In this document: positions 10,265 through 20,063 of the stretch, piece after piece
Layout of the letters: every line of letters begins with the position of its first letter
How positions within the stretch are numbered: the stretch's first letter is position 1
Sequence record: NZ_CP137560.1
Direction: 5' to 3' (one strand)
Length of the DNA stretch: 64,000 nucleotides
DNA from: a plasmid
Notes under the pieces: model-generated
Told to the model about the DNA's origin: nothing
The model's input: the letters and a program-made list of their open reading frames with translations, nothing else
Database searches by the model: none
Made by a program: the position numbers and the translations under genes

Positions 10265-10771
10265 ATGAAAAGTAACATTGGAATACTAATCATTTTGTCT
10301 ATTGTACTGACTATGTGCAGTATCAATATAAATGCACAAACGGTTGGATATACATATCGACCTTTGGCTGCCGAGGGATGCAATATGAAATATAGCGTTG
10401 CAAAGCAAGATACGGCATATTACATTATCGCAACCGTAAAGTCAGACAGACTGAATTTCCTGAAAGAATCAACCATGTTGTTGAAAACATTCGATGGTGA
10501 AGTTATTAAACTTTATGGTTCTCAGATTGGTAGCGGTTCCGAAACGGCAGGTATTGTTTCTGGCAATATAGTCCTTCCAGTGACAGAAATCAGTTCTACA
10601 GCTCAATTCAAGATAAGTCCACAACAATTTGAGTTGTTGAAAAAAGGCGTGGCTAAGATAAGGTTATCTACCATACCTATTGAGCATGAGCGGACATTTG
10701 CCAAAGATAAAATAGGCAAGAAACTTTATCAGTTCTTCTTGAAGCAGAAGAATAAGGACAATGATTTCTAA
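10265..10771 (+). CDS. Small secreted protein/lipoprotein of unknown function inside the R-M operon
   Basis: Internal start MKSNIGILIILSIVLTMCSININAQ gives a signal peptide with a lipobox-like LTMC. It sits between the DUF1016 gene and hsdS. Confidence 0.45.
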   Translation: MKSNIGILIILSIVLTMCSININAQTVGYTYRPLAAEGCNMKYSVAKQDTAYYIIATVKSDRLNFLKESTMLLKTFDGEVIKLYGSQIGSGSETAGIVSGNIVLPVTEISSTAQFKISPQQFELLKKGVAKIRLSTIPIEHERTFAKDKIGKKLYQFFLKQKNKDNDF

Positions 10772-10786
10772 CGATAGAAAATTACA

Positions 10787-12343
10787 ATGAACGGAAAGCA
10801 ATTAAAGAATAGCATATTACAATGGGCGATACAGGGAAAACTTGTGCCGCAAGACCCTAATGACGAACCAGCAAGCGTTTTGCTTGATAAGATTCGCCAA
10901 GAGAAAGAACGCTTGATCAAGGAGAAGAAAATCAAGCGTGACAAGAACGCATCCATTATCTACCGTGGTGAGGACAATTCCTATTATGAGAAGATGCTCG
11001 CCACAGGGGAGGTGAAGTGCATAGATGAGGAAGTGGCGTTTGATATACCACAGGGGTGGGAATGGACTCGTATAGGCAATATATTCAACCATACAAGCGG
11101 AAAGCAACAGAGTAGTAGCAATAAAGGTGGTGGAACCCCACAAAAGTTCATAACGACCTCTAATCTATATTGGGGACACTTTATCCTTGATAATGTAAAG
11201 GTTATGAATTTTACTGACGAAGAGATTAAGACTTGTTCGGCTACAAAAGGAGATTTGCTTGTTTGTGAAGGTGGTGCTGGTTATGGACGTTCAGCAATAT
11301 GGAATGAAGATTATGATATTTGTCTTCAAAATCATGTTCATAGATTGCGTCCGTGTGTTAGCGGCATATGTGAATATGTATATCATTTCATTTACCTATT
11401 GAAAGAAAGCAACAATTTGGCATCTGTTGGAACTGCCATGCCTGGACTGTCTGCAAATCGTTTGAAAGGATTACTTTTGCCTTTTCCACCTCTATCAGAA
11501 CAAAGAAGAATTGTGGCAAAGTTAGCTGAACTATTACCACAAATAGAGAAATATAATAATGTTCAGAACAAATTGGACGAACTGAACACTACTATAAAGG
11601 ATTGTCTTAAAAAGAGCATCTTACAAGAGGCAATACAAGGTAAGCTCGTTCCGCAACTTGCAGAAGAAGGCACAGCGCAAGAACTGCTTGAACAAATAAA
11701 GACAGAGAAGCAGAAACTCGTTAAAGAGGGCAAACTAAAGAAGTCTGCCCTCAAAGATTCCGTTATCTTCAAAGGTGACGATAACAAGTATTGGGAGAAG
11801 TCAACTGAATGTATGGAGTGTATTGACGATAAAATTCCATTTGAAATACCTTCAACATGGTGTTGGGTTAGGCACAATCAATTGTTTGAAATATCAGGCG
11901 GTTCACAGCCTCCTAAATCTCAGTTTGTTGATAGTCCTAAATCAGGATATATAAGACTGTATCAAATCAGAGATTATGGTTCAAATCCTATGCCTGTTTA
12001 TATACCACAAGAAAAAGCAAATAAAATAACAAAAGAAGGTGATATTATATTAGCAAGGTATGGCGGTTCTTTAGGTAAAGTCTTTTGGGCTAAAGATGGA
12101 GCATATAATGTAGCGATGGCAAAGGTAATTCCTCTTTTTGACTCTGAGTTCGTGAACAAACAGTATTTATTCTTGTTTTATCAGTCAAGCATATACCAAT
12201 ATTTAGTAAAAGATCATTCTAGAAGTGCCCAAGCAGGATTTAACAAAGACGATTTGAAGGATTTGTTTTTTCCATTGCCTCCTTTAGAGGAACAATCTCG
12301 AATTGTTGAAATATACAAGTCTGTAACAAGTATTATGAGTTGA
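10787..12343 (+). CDS. hsdS: Type I R-M specificity subunit, expressed copy with two target-recognition domains
   Basis: 518 aa with two TRDs separated by the conserved coiled-coil LVPQLAEEGTAQELLEQIKTEKQKLVKEGKLKK and the C-terminal LPPLEEQSRIVE motif. Confidence 0.9.
   Translation: MNGKQLKNSILQWAIQGKLVPQDPNDEPASVLLDKIRQEKERLIKEKKIKRDKNASIIYRGEDNSYYEKMLATGEVKCIDEEVAFDIPQGWEWTRIGNIFNHTSGKQQSSSNKGGGTPQKFITTSNLYWGHFILDNVKVMNFTDEEIKTCSATKGDLLVCEGGAGYGRSAIWNEDYDICLQNHVHRLRPCVSGICEYVYHFIYLLKESNNLASVGTAMPGLSANRLKGLLLPFPPLSEQRRIVAKLAELLPQIEKYNNVQNKLDELNTTIKDCLKKSILQEAIQGKLVPQLAEEGTAQELLEQIKTEKQKLVKEGKLKKSALKDSVIFKGDDNKYWEKSTECMECIDDKIPFEIPSTWCWVRHNQLFEISGGSQPPKSQFVDSPKSGYIRLYQIRDYGSNPMPVYIPQEKANKITKEGDIILARYGGSLGKVFWAKDGAYNVAMAKVIPLFDSEFVNKQYLFLFYQSSIYQYLVKDHSRSAQAGFNKDDLKDLFFPLPPLEEQSRIVEIYKSVTSIMS
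11731..11770 (+). repeat. 40-bp perfect inverted repeat in the hsdS central conserved region, plus-strand arm
   Basis: CAAACTAAAGAAGTCTGCCCTCAAAGATTCCGTTATCTTC. Its reverse complement is found exactly at 13971-14010 and extends to about 60 bp with 3 mismatches. Confidence 0.85.
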
Positions 12344-12930
12344 TAGACAACAGCCCTGTTTGTATAGACGAGTTTTTGCCGTTCCAAATACCCGAAACAT
12401 GGGCTTGGTGCAAGGTCAAAGACCTGTTGGAAATACAAACAGGGGCTTCGTTCAAAAAAGAACAAGTAAACGCAAATAAAAAAGGCATTAGAATATTGCG
12501 TGGGGAAAATATTTTGCCCAATAAGTATATATTCAAAAATAATGATGTATTTGTGTCAGATGAGTTTGTCAATACGAATACCCTTCTGAAGAAGAATTGC
12601 ATCATTACTCCTGCTGTAACCAGTTTGGAGAATATTGGTAAAATGGCTGTGATAGAAAAAGACTACAATAATGTTAGTGCTGGCGGTTTTGTATTCATCT
12701 TTAGCCCATACATTCAAGACTTTAATCACTCCTTGTTACTTGCGTATTTTCTTCAAAGTCCATTTCTGATAGAGGCTATGCGAGGAATAACCAAGAAGTC
12801 TGGTGCTGCTTTTTATAATCTTGGGAAAGAACGACTGAAAGAGCTGTATCTACCATTGCCTCCAATGGCAGAACAAAGTAGAGTAGTAGCCAAAATAAAA
12901 GAGGTTTTATCAAGTATTATGAGCAGATAG
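12340..12930 (+). pseudogene. Silent half-hsdS cassette with a single TRD and no proper start codon
   Basis: Opens with TTG immediately at the hsdS stop and ends LPLPPMAEQSRVVAKIKEVLSSIMSR. The 13-bp direct repeat CAAGTATTATGAG occurs at both the hsdS and cassette ends. Confidence 0.65.
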
Positions 12931-13022
12931 GGAGCGAAATAACTGAGATTGACCTTCCTTTTGAGTTTCCAAGTTCTTGGTCTATTGCTCGATTAAATGC
13001 AGTTTGCCAACTTACAGACGGC

Positions 13023-13415
13023 TTGAAAACCACAGGCAAGCAGTGCTTGTTAGATGCTAAATACTTACGTGGTAAAAGTTCTGAAACTATTCTAGAACAT
13101 GGTAAATTTGTATATAAAGGTGACAATATAATGCTTGTGGACGGTGAAAACTCTGGTGAAGTTTTCATCGTTCCACAAGACGGTTATATGGGTAGTACTT
13201 TCAAGCAATTATGGATAAGTTCCTCTATGTACGAACCTTATATTTTGGCTTTCATACAGTTCTACAAAGAAACTTTGCGCAATTCTAAGAAAGGTGCAGC
13301 TATACCACACCTCAACAAGGAATTGTTTTATGGGCTTATTATTGGTATTCCGCCACTACAAGAGCAGAAAAGAATCTTCCAAAAGATAGAGGATTCATCA
13401 CAATTGCTCAAATAG
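13023..13415 (+). pseudogene. Partial hsdS TRD cassette
   Basis: 130-aa fragment ending GIPPLQEQKRIFQKIED (HsdS conserved end). It converges on and overlaps the minus-strand hsdS by 18 bp. Confidence 0.55.
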
Positions 13416-14762
13416 AGTTTCAATTCTTTCGACAATGCGTTTCTGCTCATTTAAAGGAGGTAAAGGTATCAAGTGCTCAACTAATTTGACACGTGATATG
13501 TTTGGTTGGGCACCACCTTCACCTTTCTTGATAAATGTATCTCGACTTGCCATTAAGAAATAAAACAAGAACCAATTATAAACAATATAGGGAGTACAGC
13601 CACAACACGCTTGATTGGTAGTTAATTCCTTGCCTACAATAGCCAACTTTCCTATTGTAGCTCCATACATAGCAATAAGAACGTCACCTATTTTATTCAT
13701 ACGTAGAGAGCATTCTTGAAAAGCTCTCTGCGTTATTCTTTCTTCAGTATCACATATGACACCATTGTTCAACTCCCCTGTTTTAAGCCACAAAATATTG
13801 CCTCCATAATAATCTTGGTTGCTGCGCTGAGGTGTAGAACCTGCGCCCCAATCTCCAATCTGTCCCATTCTTGTCCAAGTCCAACTATTAGGGATTTCAA
13901 AGGGAATTAGCTCTGTTATATCCAAGCATTTTTTGCCTATCTGCTCATAATACTTGTTATCGTCACCACGGAAGATAACGGAATCTTTGAGGGCAGACTT
14001 CTTTAGTTTGCCCCCTTTTACGAGTTTCAGCTTTTCTTCTTTTATCTGTTTGAGCAGATCTTGGGCTGTACCTTCTTCGGCAATTTGCGGAACGAGTTTG
14101 CCTTGGATGGCTTCTTGCAGAATAGCCTTCTTCAAGCGTTGGTACATATTAGAATTTAACTTATTAAGTTCTTCTTGCTTATTGCTGTAAATACCAAGAA
14201 AATGTGTTAACTCTGTAATGTTCGCAACAATTCTTTCCTGTTCATTTATTGGTGGTAAAGGGAACAACAAAGTTTCCCAATTACCCCTATTGATTATAGG
14301 GGTTGCTGTTCCTGTAGCCTTATCCATTATTGCCAACCTAAAGTATTCTGAATGCAAAACTATATGGACAAACTCCACATTACACAAATAGGGCGTTATA
14401 GAATTTATCTGCTGATTAAAAGTAACAGGCTTGTCTGTTATGGCGCATTTACCAATAGAACCTCCAATGCAGACTTGCAAAATAGTATTCTTTGGTACAA
14501 TACGCCCATAATCAACTCCAATATCTGACAATCCCTGTGTTACACTTACAATTTTGGAATTTAGTATGTTTGCAGGACCTAAAAATGGAATATAATCACC
14601 AAAGTATTCAGGATGAGATTTGGATGGTGTTGTACCTGTTTCTGTTTTTCCAACCTCAACTAATCTACACCATTCCCACCCCTGGGGTACCTCAAACGGT
14701 ATCTCCTCATCAATACATTTCACCTTCCCCGTAGCAAGCCACTTCTCATAATAGGAACTCAT
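13398..14762 (-). CDS. hsdS: Inverted second hsdS copy with two TRDs, partner for shufflon inversion
   Basis: 454 aa. N-terminus SSYYEKWLATGKVKCIDEE and central AILQEAIQGKLVPQIAEEGTAQDLLKQIKEEKLKLVKGGKLKKSALKDSVIF are near-identical to the plus-strand hsdS but on the opposite strand. Confidence 0.85.
   Translation of the reverse strand: MSSYYEKWLATGKVKCIDEEIPFEVPQGWEWCRLVEVGKTETGTTPSKSHPEYFGDYIPFLGPANILNSKIVSVTQGLSDIGVDYGRIVPKNTILQVCIGGSIGKCAITDKPVTFNQQINSITPYLCNVEFVHIVLHSEYFRLAIMDKATGTATPIINRGNWETLLFPLPPINEQERIVANITELTHFLGIYSNKQEELNKLNSNMYQRLKKAILQEAIQGKLVPQIAEEGTAQDLLKQIKEEKLKLVKGGKLKKSALKDSVIFRGDDNKYYEQIGKKCLDITELIPFEIPNSWTWTRMGQIGDWGAGSTPQRSNQDYYGGNILWLKTGELNNGVICDTEERITQRAFQECSLRMNKIGDVLIAMYGATIGKLAIVGKELTTNQACCGCTPYIVYNWFLFYFLMASRDTFIKKGEGGAQPNISRVKLVEHLIPLPPLNEQKRIVERIETLFEQL
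13971..14010 (-). repeat. 40-bp inverted repeat arm inside the minus-strand hsdS
   Basis: Exact reverse complement of 11731-11770. Confidence 0.85.
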
Positions 14763-14822
14763 AGAACAAATCCATGCCTATTTATTAGGACAACTTAATG
14801 TTTCACTAATAAACGAATAGAA

Positions 14823-15629
14823 ATGGAATTAGACAAATTTGAAGAGTTCCTAAGCCAAGGCAATATGGCTAAGAACACGATTTCGGCATATCTGTATGCT
14901 GTGAAGGAGTTTGGCTCTCGACACAAAGAGTTGAACAAGAGAAACCTGTTGATTTACAAGACCTACTTGATTGAGACTTACAAGCCCAAGACGGTGAACC
15001 TCCGTATTCAGGCGATGAACAAGTACCTTGTATTTGTAGGCAAGACGAAACTCCGCTTGAAGTCGGTCAAGGTGCAGCAACGTTCTTATTTGGAGAATGT
15101 CATCAGCAATGCCGACTACACCTTCCTGAAGAACAAGTTGAAGAAGGAAGACAACTTGGAGTGGTACTTTGTGGTGCGTTTCTTGGCTGCGACTGGTGCC
15201 AGAGTGAGCGAACTTGTGCAAATCAAAATTGAGCATGTGCAAGTAGGCTATTATGACATCTACACCAAGGGTGGCAAGATACGGCGTATCTATATCCCCA
15301 AGACATTGCGCACGGAAACAGAAAAGTGGTTGCAGACACTCAACCGTACAAGTGGCTATCTCTTTCTCAATCGCTTTGGCGAGCGCATCACGACAAGAGG
15401 CATATCACAGCAGTTGAAGAACTATGCGGTGAAGTATGGCTTGAATGAGAAAGTGGTTTACCCTCACTCATTCCGCCATCGTTATGCCAAAAATTTCTTG
15501 GAGAAGTTCAACGACATTGCCCTGCTTGCAGACCTTATGGGGCATGAAAGCATCGAAACGACACGTATCTATCTACGAAGAAGCAGCATTGAGCAACAAG
15601 AGATAGTTGACAAAGTGATAACCTGGTAA
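14823..15629 (+). CDS. Tyrosine recombinase (XerC/D-like) adjacent to the hsdS cassettes, likely hsdS invertase
   Basis: 268 aa with ATGARVSELVQIKIEHV..., HSFRHRYAKNF..LMGHESIETTRIYL and the catalytic R..H..R..Y pattern. It lies immediately downstream of the inverted hsdS. Confidence 0.88.
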   Translation: MELDKFEEFLSQGNMAKNTISAYLYAVKEFGSRHKELNKRNLLIYKTYLIETYKPKTVNLRIQAMNKYLVFVGKTKLRLKSVKVQQRSYLENVISNADYTFLKNKLKKEDNLEWYFVVRFLAATGARVSELVQIKIEHVQVGYYDIYTKGGKIRRIYIPKTLRTETEKWLQTLNRTSGYLFLNRFGERITTRGISQQLKNYAVKYGLNEKVVYPHSFRHRYAKNFLEKFNDIALLADLMGHESIETTRIYLRRSSIEQQEIVDKVITW

Positions 15630-15761
15630 TCGGAGCATATTCTATATCTTTTGATATGTTATCCATGCTATTAAACTATGCAAACGAGTATATGCTTTTT
15701 ACAACAAGTAGAATTGATTATCAGCGTTTTGCATTACCTTTGCACTCAAAAGGAAATACGC

Positions 15762-16709
15762 ATGGGACTATTCAAGAAGATAAAAGACATATTCAGCAAC
15801 GACAAAGGCAAGGAGACAAACACGCAAGAGAAAGTTTCCTTGCCTTCTTCTATAAATGTACCTCAACAGTCCATCAAGCAGCCTTTGGTAATGCCTGGTG
15901 TTACAGAGGTTATAAAGGCAAGGTCATATCTGAAAGCAAATGACACAGAACAGACTAAATGCCAATACGAGAGTGCGGTTCAAAAAGGATATTCATTGAA
16001 CCTTGAACCCTATAATTGGCTACTTCGCCATTATACAAGCAAAGAACAATGGAGCGATGCCAAGCGTGTTCTATTGCTTGTCCCTGCAAAATTCAGCCAA
16101 GATGCGCTTGTTGTCGAATTTAGGGAAGTAATAAGGCAACGAGAAGACAAACTACCCAAACAAGCCAATCTCCACAGAAACATTACCACCAAAGATACAT
16201 TGGCAAACCGATACAAAAGTTTGATTGCTCAACTGCCCGAATTTGATTTCTATACAAATGGAAACGACACATTGTTTTCAGAAGACGTTCCAGTGTGCCA
16301 TCAGATAGAAGATATAATCAGCCATATAGAGAATGAACTACGCAAGGCAAAGGTTGCCGAAAAAAGCAAGGATTACATCACTGCAACCAATATCTATGAA
16401 GAGCTGATTGCCAATGGCTATTGGAAGCCAGAGCCTTACAACCGTCTGCTTTATATCTATGATAAGGCAGGGCTTACAAATGGTATAAAGGAGTTGCTTA
16501 TTCTTGCAATAAGTTTCTTTGAAAATCAGCAAAAGAAACAGAAACAGGAATTGTTACGCCTTGCCGACAAGTACAAAAGCAGAGCCTATGCAGAGGCGAA
16601 AATAAATCAAGGAAAGACAGTGGCATATTTCGATGGTTTCTTTGAAATATACATGCCTTTCCCTGATATTGATGTCTGGAAGCGAATACTCGCTGATACT
16701 ACCGCTTAA
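15762..16709 (+). CDS. Hypothetical protein, possibly TPR-like
   Basis: Internal start MGLFKKIKDIFS within ORF 15678-16709. No recognisable catalytic motif. It converges on the MobV gene. Confidence 0.4.
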   Translation: MGLFKKIKDIFSNDKGKETNTQEKVSLPSSINVPQQSIKQPLVMPGVTEVIKARSYLKANDTEQTKCQYESAVQKGYSLNLEPYNWLLRHYTSKEQWSDAKRVLLLVPAKFSQDALVVEFREVIRQREDKLPKQANLHRNITTKDTLANRYKSLIAQLPEFDFYTNGNDTLFSEDVPVCHQIEDIISHIENELRKAKVAEKSKDYITATNIYEELIANGYWKPEPYNRLLYIYDKAGLTNGIKELLILAISFFENQQKKQKQELLRLADKYKSRAYAEAKINQGKTVAYFDGFFEIYMPFPDIDVWKRILADTTA

Positions 16710-18135
16710 TGCCCGAACTCTTTTTGGGATAGTGTTTGCTGTGGGCGAATCTCATGCAGCGTCTGGCAAAGCTGAAAATATCCTCGTCCTTATCCCTCCA
16801 AGGCAATTCCGAATTGGAGCCACCGCCACCTCCCGACTGCGTGATGCTTGTTGCCCCATTGATGCCCTCAATGAACATCTTGACGGCTGTGCCAAGTACA
16901 TCTTTGAAACGCATATCGCACATATCTTCAATAATGGTGTTCTCTGCCATTTTCTTGGCTTCGGGTACATTGGCGCAAATTCTACTGCTCATCGTCAGCA
17001 GTTCTTGAAAACTGCCTGCAAGGATAGAGGCTTGGGCGTATGTTTGCAATGTCCGTGAAGTCTGCTCCTGCACGACACGCAAAGTTTCAGCCTCAGACTT
17101 CTGCGCCCTTGTCATGGCTCTGAACTCGGCAAGGGCTTCATCGGCTGCACTCAGTTTTTCTCGTTTGTCCGTCAGTTTGAACTCCAAGGTGGACAACTGA
17201 CTTTTGAGCCGTTCCAGTTCTTTTGACAACTCGGAATGTTCGCCATTCTGTTGTTCCAACAATTTCTCAACCTCATGAATTTTATTCTCCACCTCGGACT
17301 TCTGGTGAGTGAGGTTTTCTATCATCGTTTTCAGACCTTTAACGGCATTCTCCTTTCTGCGAATGTCAAGTTCCAGTTTGCCATTTGCGATTTCCAACTC
17401 ACGGCTTTCGGCTTGGAGTTGTCTATACCATTCGTCACGAGGGACATGCTGGGCATTGGTAGCCGAAACTGATTCGCCACGTACCAAGCCCCACTTTTTG
17501 TTGACCTCTGCCAAGTAGTCGTGGATAGCATCCAGTTTGTTTGCGTCACCACCAAAAGTATCTCGGTATTTGATACGCATCTTCTGTTTCTTTTCATCGT
17601 ACATAATTGGCGTGACAAGGCAATGGATATGCGGTGAAGACTCGTCAAGATGAACGGAAAAGTCTATGATGTTGTCTTCGCCCCATGCATCGGCAACAGC
17701 CTTGTAGATGTCCTTTGCCCACAATTCTATCTCCGCTTTGCGCTTGACATGACTGTTGTCTGCGCCTTTCGCTCGCTCCACATTTTGGTCTCCGAAAGCC
17801 ATTTCTCGCATTCTGTCGGCATCGCCCGAAAATATCATGTTGCAGGCAATGCGATATTTGGGCGTTTCAAGCCCTTTGTTAGGGTCTTCCGCACCAGTGA
17901 CTTCCAAACGGTCTTGAAACCGCTCCAAAATGGGCTTAGAAGAGCCGAGAGGTACAATCTTACCGCCCTTGACTATCTCAAAGTTGAGATGCGCACGGCT
18001 CTTGTCGTAGTTAAACTTCTTGTTGGAGGCTTTTGCTTCCCATTGGGATTCCGTCCAACGCCTCTGATGTTCGTTATCTTCACCTGCCGAAAACGACTTG
18101 ACGGCTTGTTGGTGAAACACTTGGTATTCTGGCAT
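16699..18135 (-). CDS. MobV/Mob_Pre-family relaxase (plasmid recombination enzyme) with a poly-Gly/WRDKDED C-terminal tail
   Basis: 478 aa. Motif III HLDESSPHIHCLV (HxDExxPHxH), a long coiled-coil middle, and the C-terminal SGGGGGSNSELPWRDKDEDIFSFARRCMRFAH shared with the MobB-type relaxases of IME-B and IME-C. Confidence 0.8.
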   Translation of the reverse strand: MPEYQVFHQQAVKSFSAGEDNEHQRRWTESQWEAKASNKKFNYDKSRAHLNFEIVKGGKIVPLGSSKPILERFQDRLEVTGAEDPNKGLETPKYRIACNMIFSGDADRMREMAFGDQNVERAKGADNSHVKRKAEIELWAKDIYKAVADAWGEDNIIDFSVHLDESSPHIHCLVTPIMYDEKKQKMRIKYRDTFGGDANKLDAIHDYLAEVNKKWGLVRGESVSATNAQHVPRDEWYRQLQAESRELEIANGKLELDIRRKENAVKGLKTMIENLTHQKSEVENKIHEVEKLLEQQNGEHSELSKELERLKSQLSTLEFKLTDKREKLSAADEALAEFRAMTRAQKSEAETLRVVQEQTSRTLQTYAQASILAGSFQELLTMSSRICANVPEAKKMAENTIIEDMCDMRFKDVLGTAVKMFIEGINGATSITQSGGGGGSNSELPWRDKDEDIFSFARRCMRFAHSKHYPKKSSGIKR

Positions 18136-18409
18136 AATGTTATTTCTAAGATGGGGTAATGAAATTTATAAAACGAGCTTGCTCTGGTGTCCTCCTAAGG
18201 GCTTGCCCGATGGAGCATAATTCGGTTGGTGATAACCATACCGAGGATTATGTTCCCCATCTACATTATGCGTACATATAGGCAAGCCTCTTCTGTTGTG
18301 TACCATCACTGCTCTAAAACGGTTTTGATGAAGTCTTGGCATTGCGTTCTTACTGGCAAACTGACATCATGAAGGCAAATGCCAAGACTAAAAATGAATG
18401 AACGGTAGG

Positions 18410-19066
18410 TTACATTTCACGTTGCTCGTGGAATTGCTCCATATCTTCCGCCAACAACTGCTCTCTCACATCATCAGGGATTTCTTCCAAGGAATGGATT
18501 TGCTCCATTTCCGAAGGAGTGATTTCTGATGAATCGGAAGAAGGCAAAGGCAAAGTTGAAGAAGTCGGATCTGAAACAGACTTGTTCGGGTTCTGTTCCG
18601 ACTTCGCTTTGCCGTTGTCTCGCTTATAAAGGGCATTGGCTGTATAAACCGTTTCACCCTCATGCTTCCACGCTGCTATGCACCTCATATCCATAATGGT
18701 GGTAAGGCAATCAGTTTTTATTGTTACGATACCCAACTGTTCCAACTGTTTCAAGAAGCGGATAACTGTCTTTCGGTTGCAGTTCCATTCCTTTGAAAGT
18801 TCAAGGGCAGATACACAAGTTTGTCCTTGCATTAGTGGTTTGGATATGCCACGCTTGGTATAGGTGGTATCGGCAGTTGCCGTGTGGTGAAGCAGTCTGC
18901 GGAAACATTGTATTCTGTTGATGCCTCCCTCGTTGCTACTGAGAAAATTCAGTTGTTCGTCCGTCAATGACAAATAGTAAGTGACAGGGCGAGTTTTGTC
19001 TATCTCTTTTCTTTCCATGTCCGAATGGTTTATAAATGGTGAATGACTGAAAGGACAACAAATCAT
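18410..19066 (-). CDS. IME HTH-domain protein paralogous to 32552-33202 and 49695-50519
   Basis: Contains ELSKEWNCNRKTVIRFLKQLEQLGIV (HTH) and an acidic/Ser-rich C-terminus. The probable start is MERKEIDK at about 19020. Confidence 0.5.
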   Translation of the reverse strand: MICCPFSHSPFINHSDMERKEIDKTRPVTYYLSLTDEQLNFLSSNEGGINRIQCFRRLLHHTATADTTYTKRGISKPLMQGQTCVSALELSKEWNCNRKTVIRFLKQLEQLGIVTIKTDCLTTIMDMRCIAAWKHEGETVYTANALYKRDNGKAKSEQNPNKSVSDPTSSTLPLPSSDSSEITPSEMEQIHSLEEIPDDVREQLLAEDMEQFHEQREM

Positions 19067-19371
19067 CGGTGAAGACCATGCTGTTGCCGTGGCATATCCT
19101 CACTGACAATCTTCATGAGTTTTCTATCCAAGCGTTGAAGTTCATCTTTGTTAAGACTGTTTATTGCCTCTATGCTTACTCGTAATGCAACGGCACGTCT
19201 TCCATACAAAATGGCTTGTTCGTCATTGTCTATGGCATGGTTTGCACCAGTTGCTTCAATGTAATCATTGACGGCATCCCTCATGGATAGTTCACGAAGT
19301 CCTGTCTTAGCCCAGAGGACAGACAGTTTGACTGCCTGTTCCTTCTTGGCTTCAAATTCTGTTGTCCTCAT
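19063..19371 (-). CDS. Small conserved IME protein of unknown function
   Basis: Probable start MRTTEFEAKK overlaps the upstream stop (ATGA coupling). Positional homologs at 33274-33621 and 50584-50901. Confidence 0.45.
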   Translation of the reverse strand: MRTTEFEAKKEQAVKLSVLWAKTGLRELSMRDAVNDYIEATGANHAIDNDEQAILYGRRAVALRVSIEAINSLNKDELQRLDRKLMKIVSEDMPRQQHGLHR

Positions 19372-19373
19372 GA

Positions 19374-19784
19374 CTACTTGACACTTAAATTTTTCAAGAT
19401 ACGGTTGGCTTCTTCTGAAACCTGCGCCTTTGACGCAATCGCATTTCTGCGAATCCATGTCAAGAGTTCCGCTTTCTCGAAATACACCATCTTGCCATTC
19501 GGCTTGTAATAAGGAATGGTCTGCTCATGGGTCATCTTGTAGAGCGAACTTTTTGTCACTCCCATAAATCGGGCAGCTTCTTCCAAAGTCAGCACTTCCT
19601 TACCTGCTGACAGGGTATTTTCAAGCACTTCTACTCGCTTGGCGAGTTTTAGGTTCTCCAGCATGAGCGCTTGAACATCTGGAGTTACACTTTGATTGGT
19701 TCGTGATTCCATAATCTGTTGATGTTTTAATTTGACTATTTCATCATGACCATTGTTTGTGATTGCAAGTTGAAAGTGGTGCAA
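19374..19784 (-). CDS. Excisionase-family HTH DNA-binding protein (xis-like)
   Basis: LTLEEAARFMGVTKSSLYKMTHEQTIPYYKPNGKMVYFEKAELLTWI. The same motif recurs in 33626-33958 and 50904-51221. The true start is probably internal (MESRTNQS). Confidence 0.75.
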   Translation of the reverse strand: MHHFQLAITNNGHDEIVKLKHQQIMESRTNQSVTPDVQALMLENLKLAKRVEVLENTLSAGKEVLTLEEAARFMGVTKSSLYKMTHEQTIPYYKPNGKMVYFEKAELLTWIRRNAIASKAQVSEEANRILKNLSVK

Positions 19785-20063
19785 AGGTATGTAAGATATT
19801 TCTCATTCTGTTAGAAATGCTTGGTCAATGACGAAATCTTAAGCTATATTATAATAATGAAGTTATTTCATACTCTAAATCATACTTGGATGAAATAAAG
19901 TGAGGACAAAATCAAACTTAGAAACGATAGTAAGAATACAAGAGAAACGCTGTTTTTGGAACTTGGTTGTCAAATCCTCAAAACAGCCATAAAATGCAGA
20001 AATGGTGCTTGGGCTGTAATTTTATAGTTGCAAATACGCAATTATCTCTTTTTATTTGGAAAT

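Noticed and set aside
16633-18159. Plus-strand ORFs 16633-17058, 16736-17008, 17236-17472, 17650-18159 overlapping mobV
   Set aside because: They are antisense to a strongly supported MobV relaxase (HxDExxPHxH motif).
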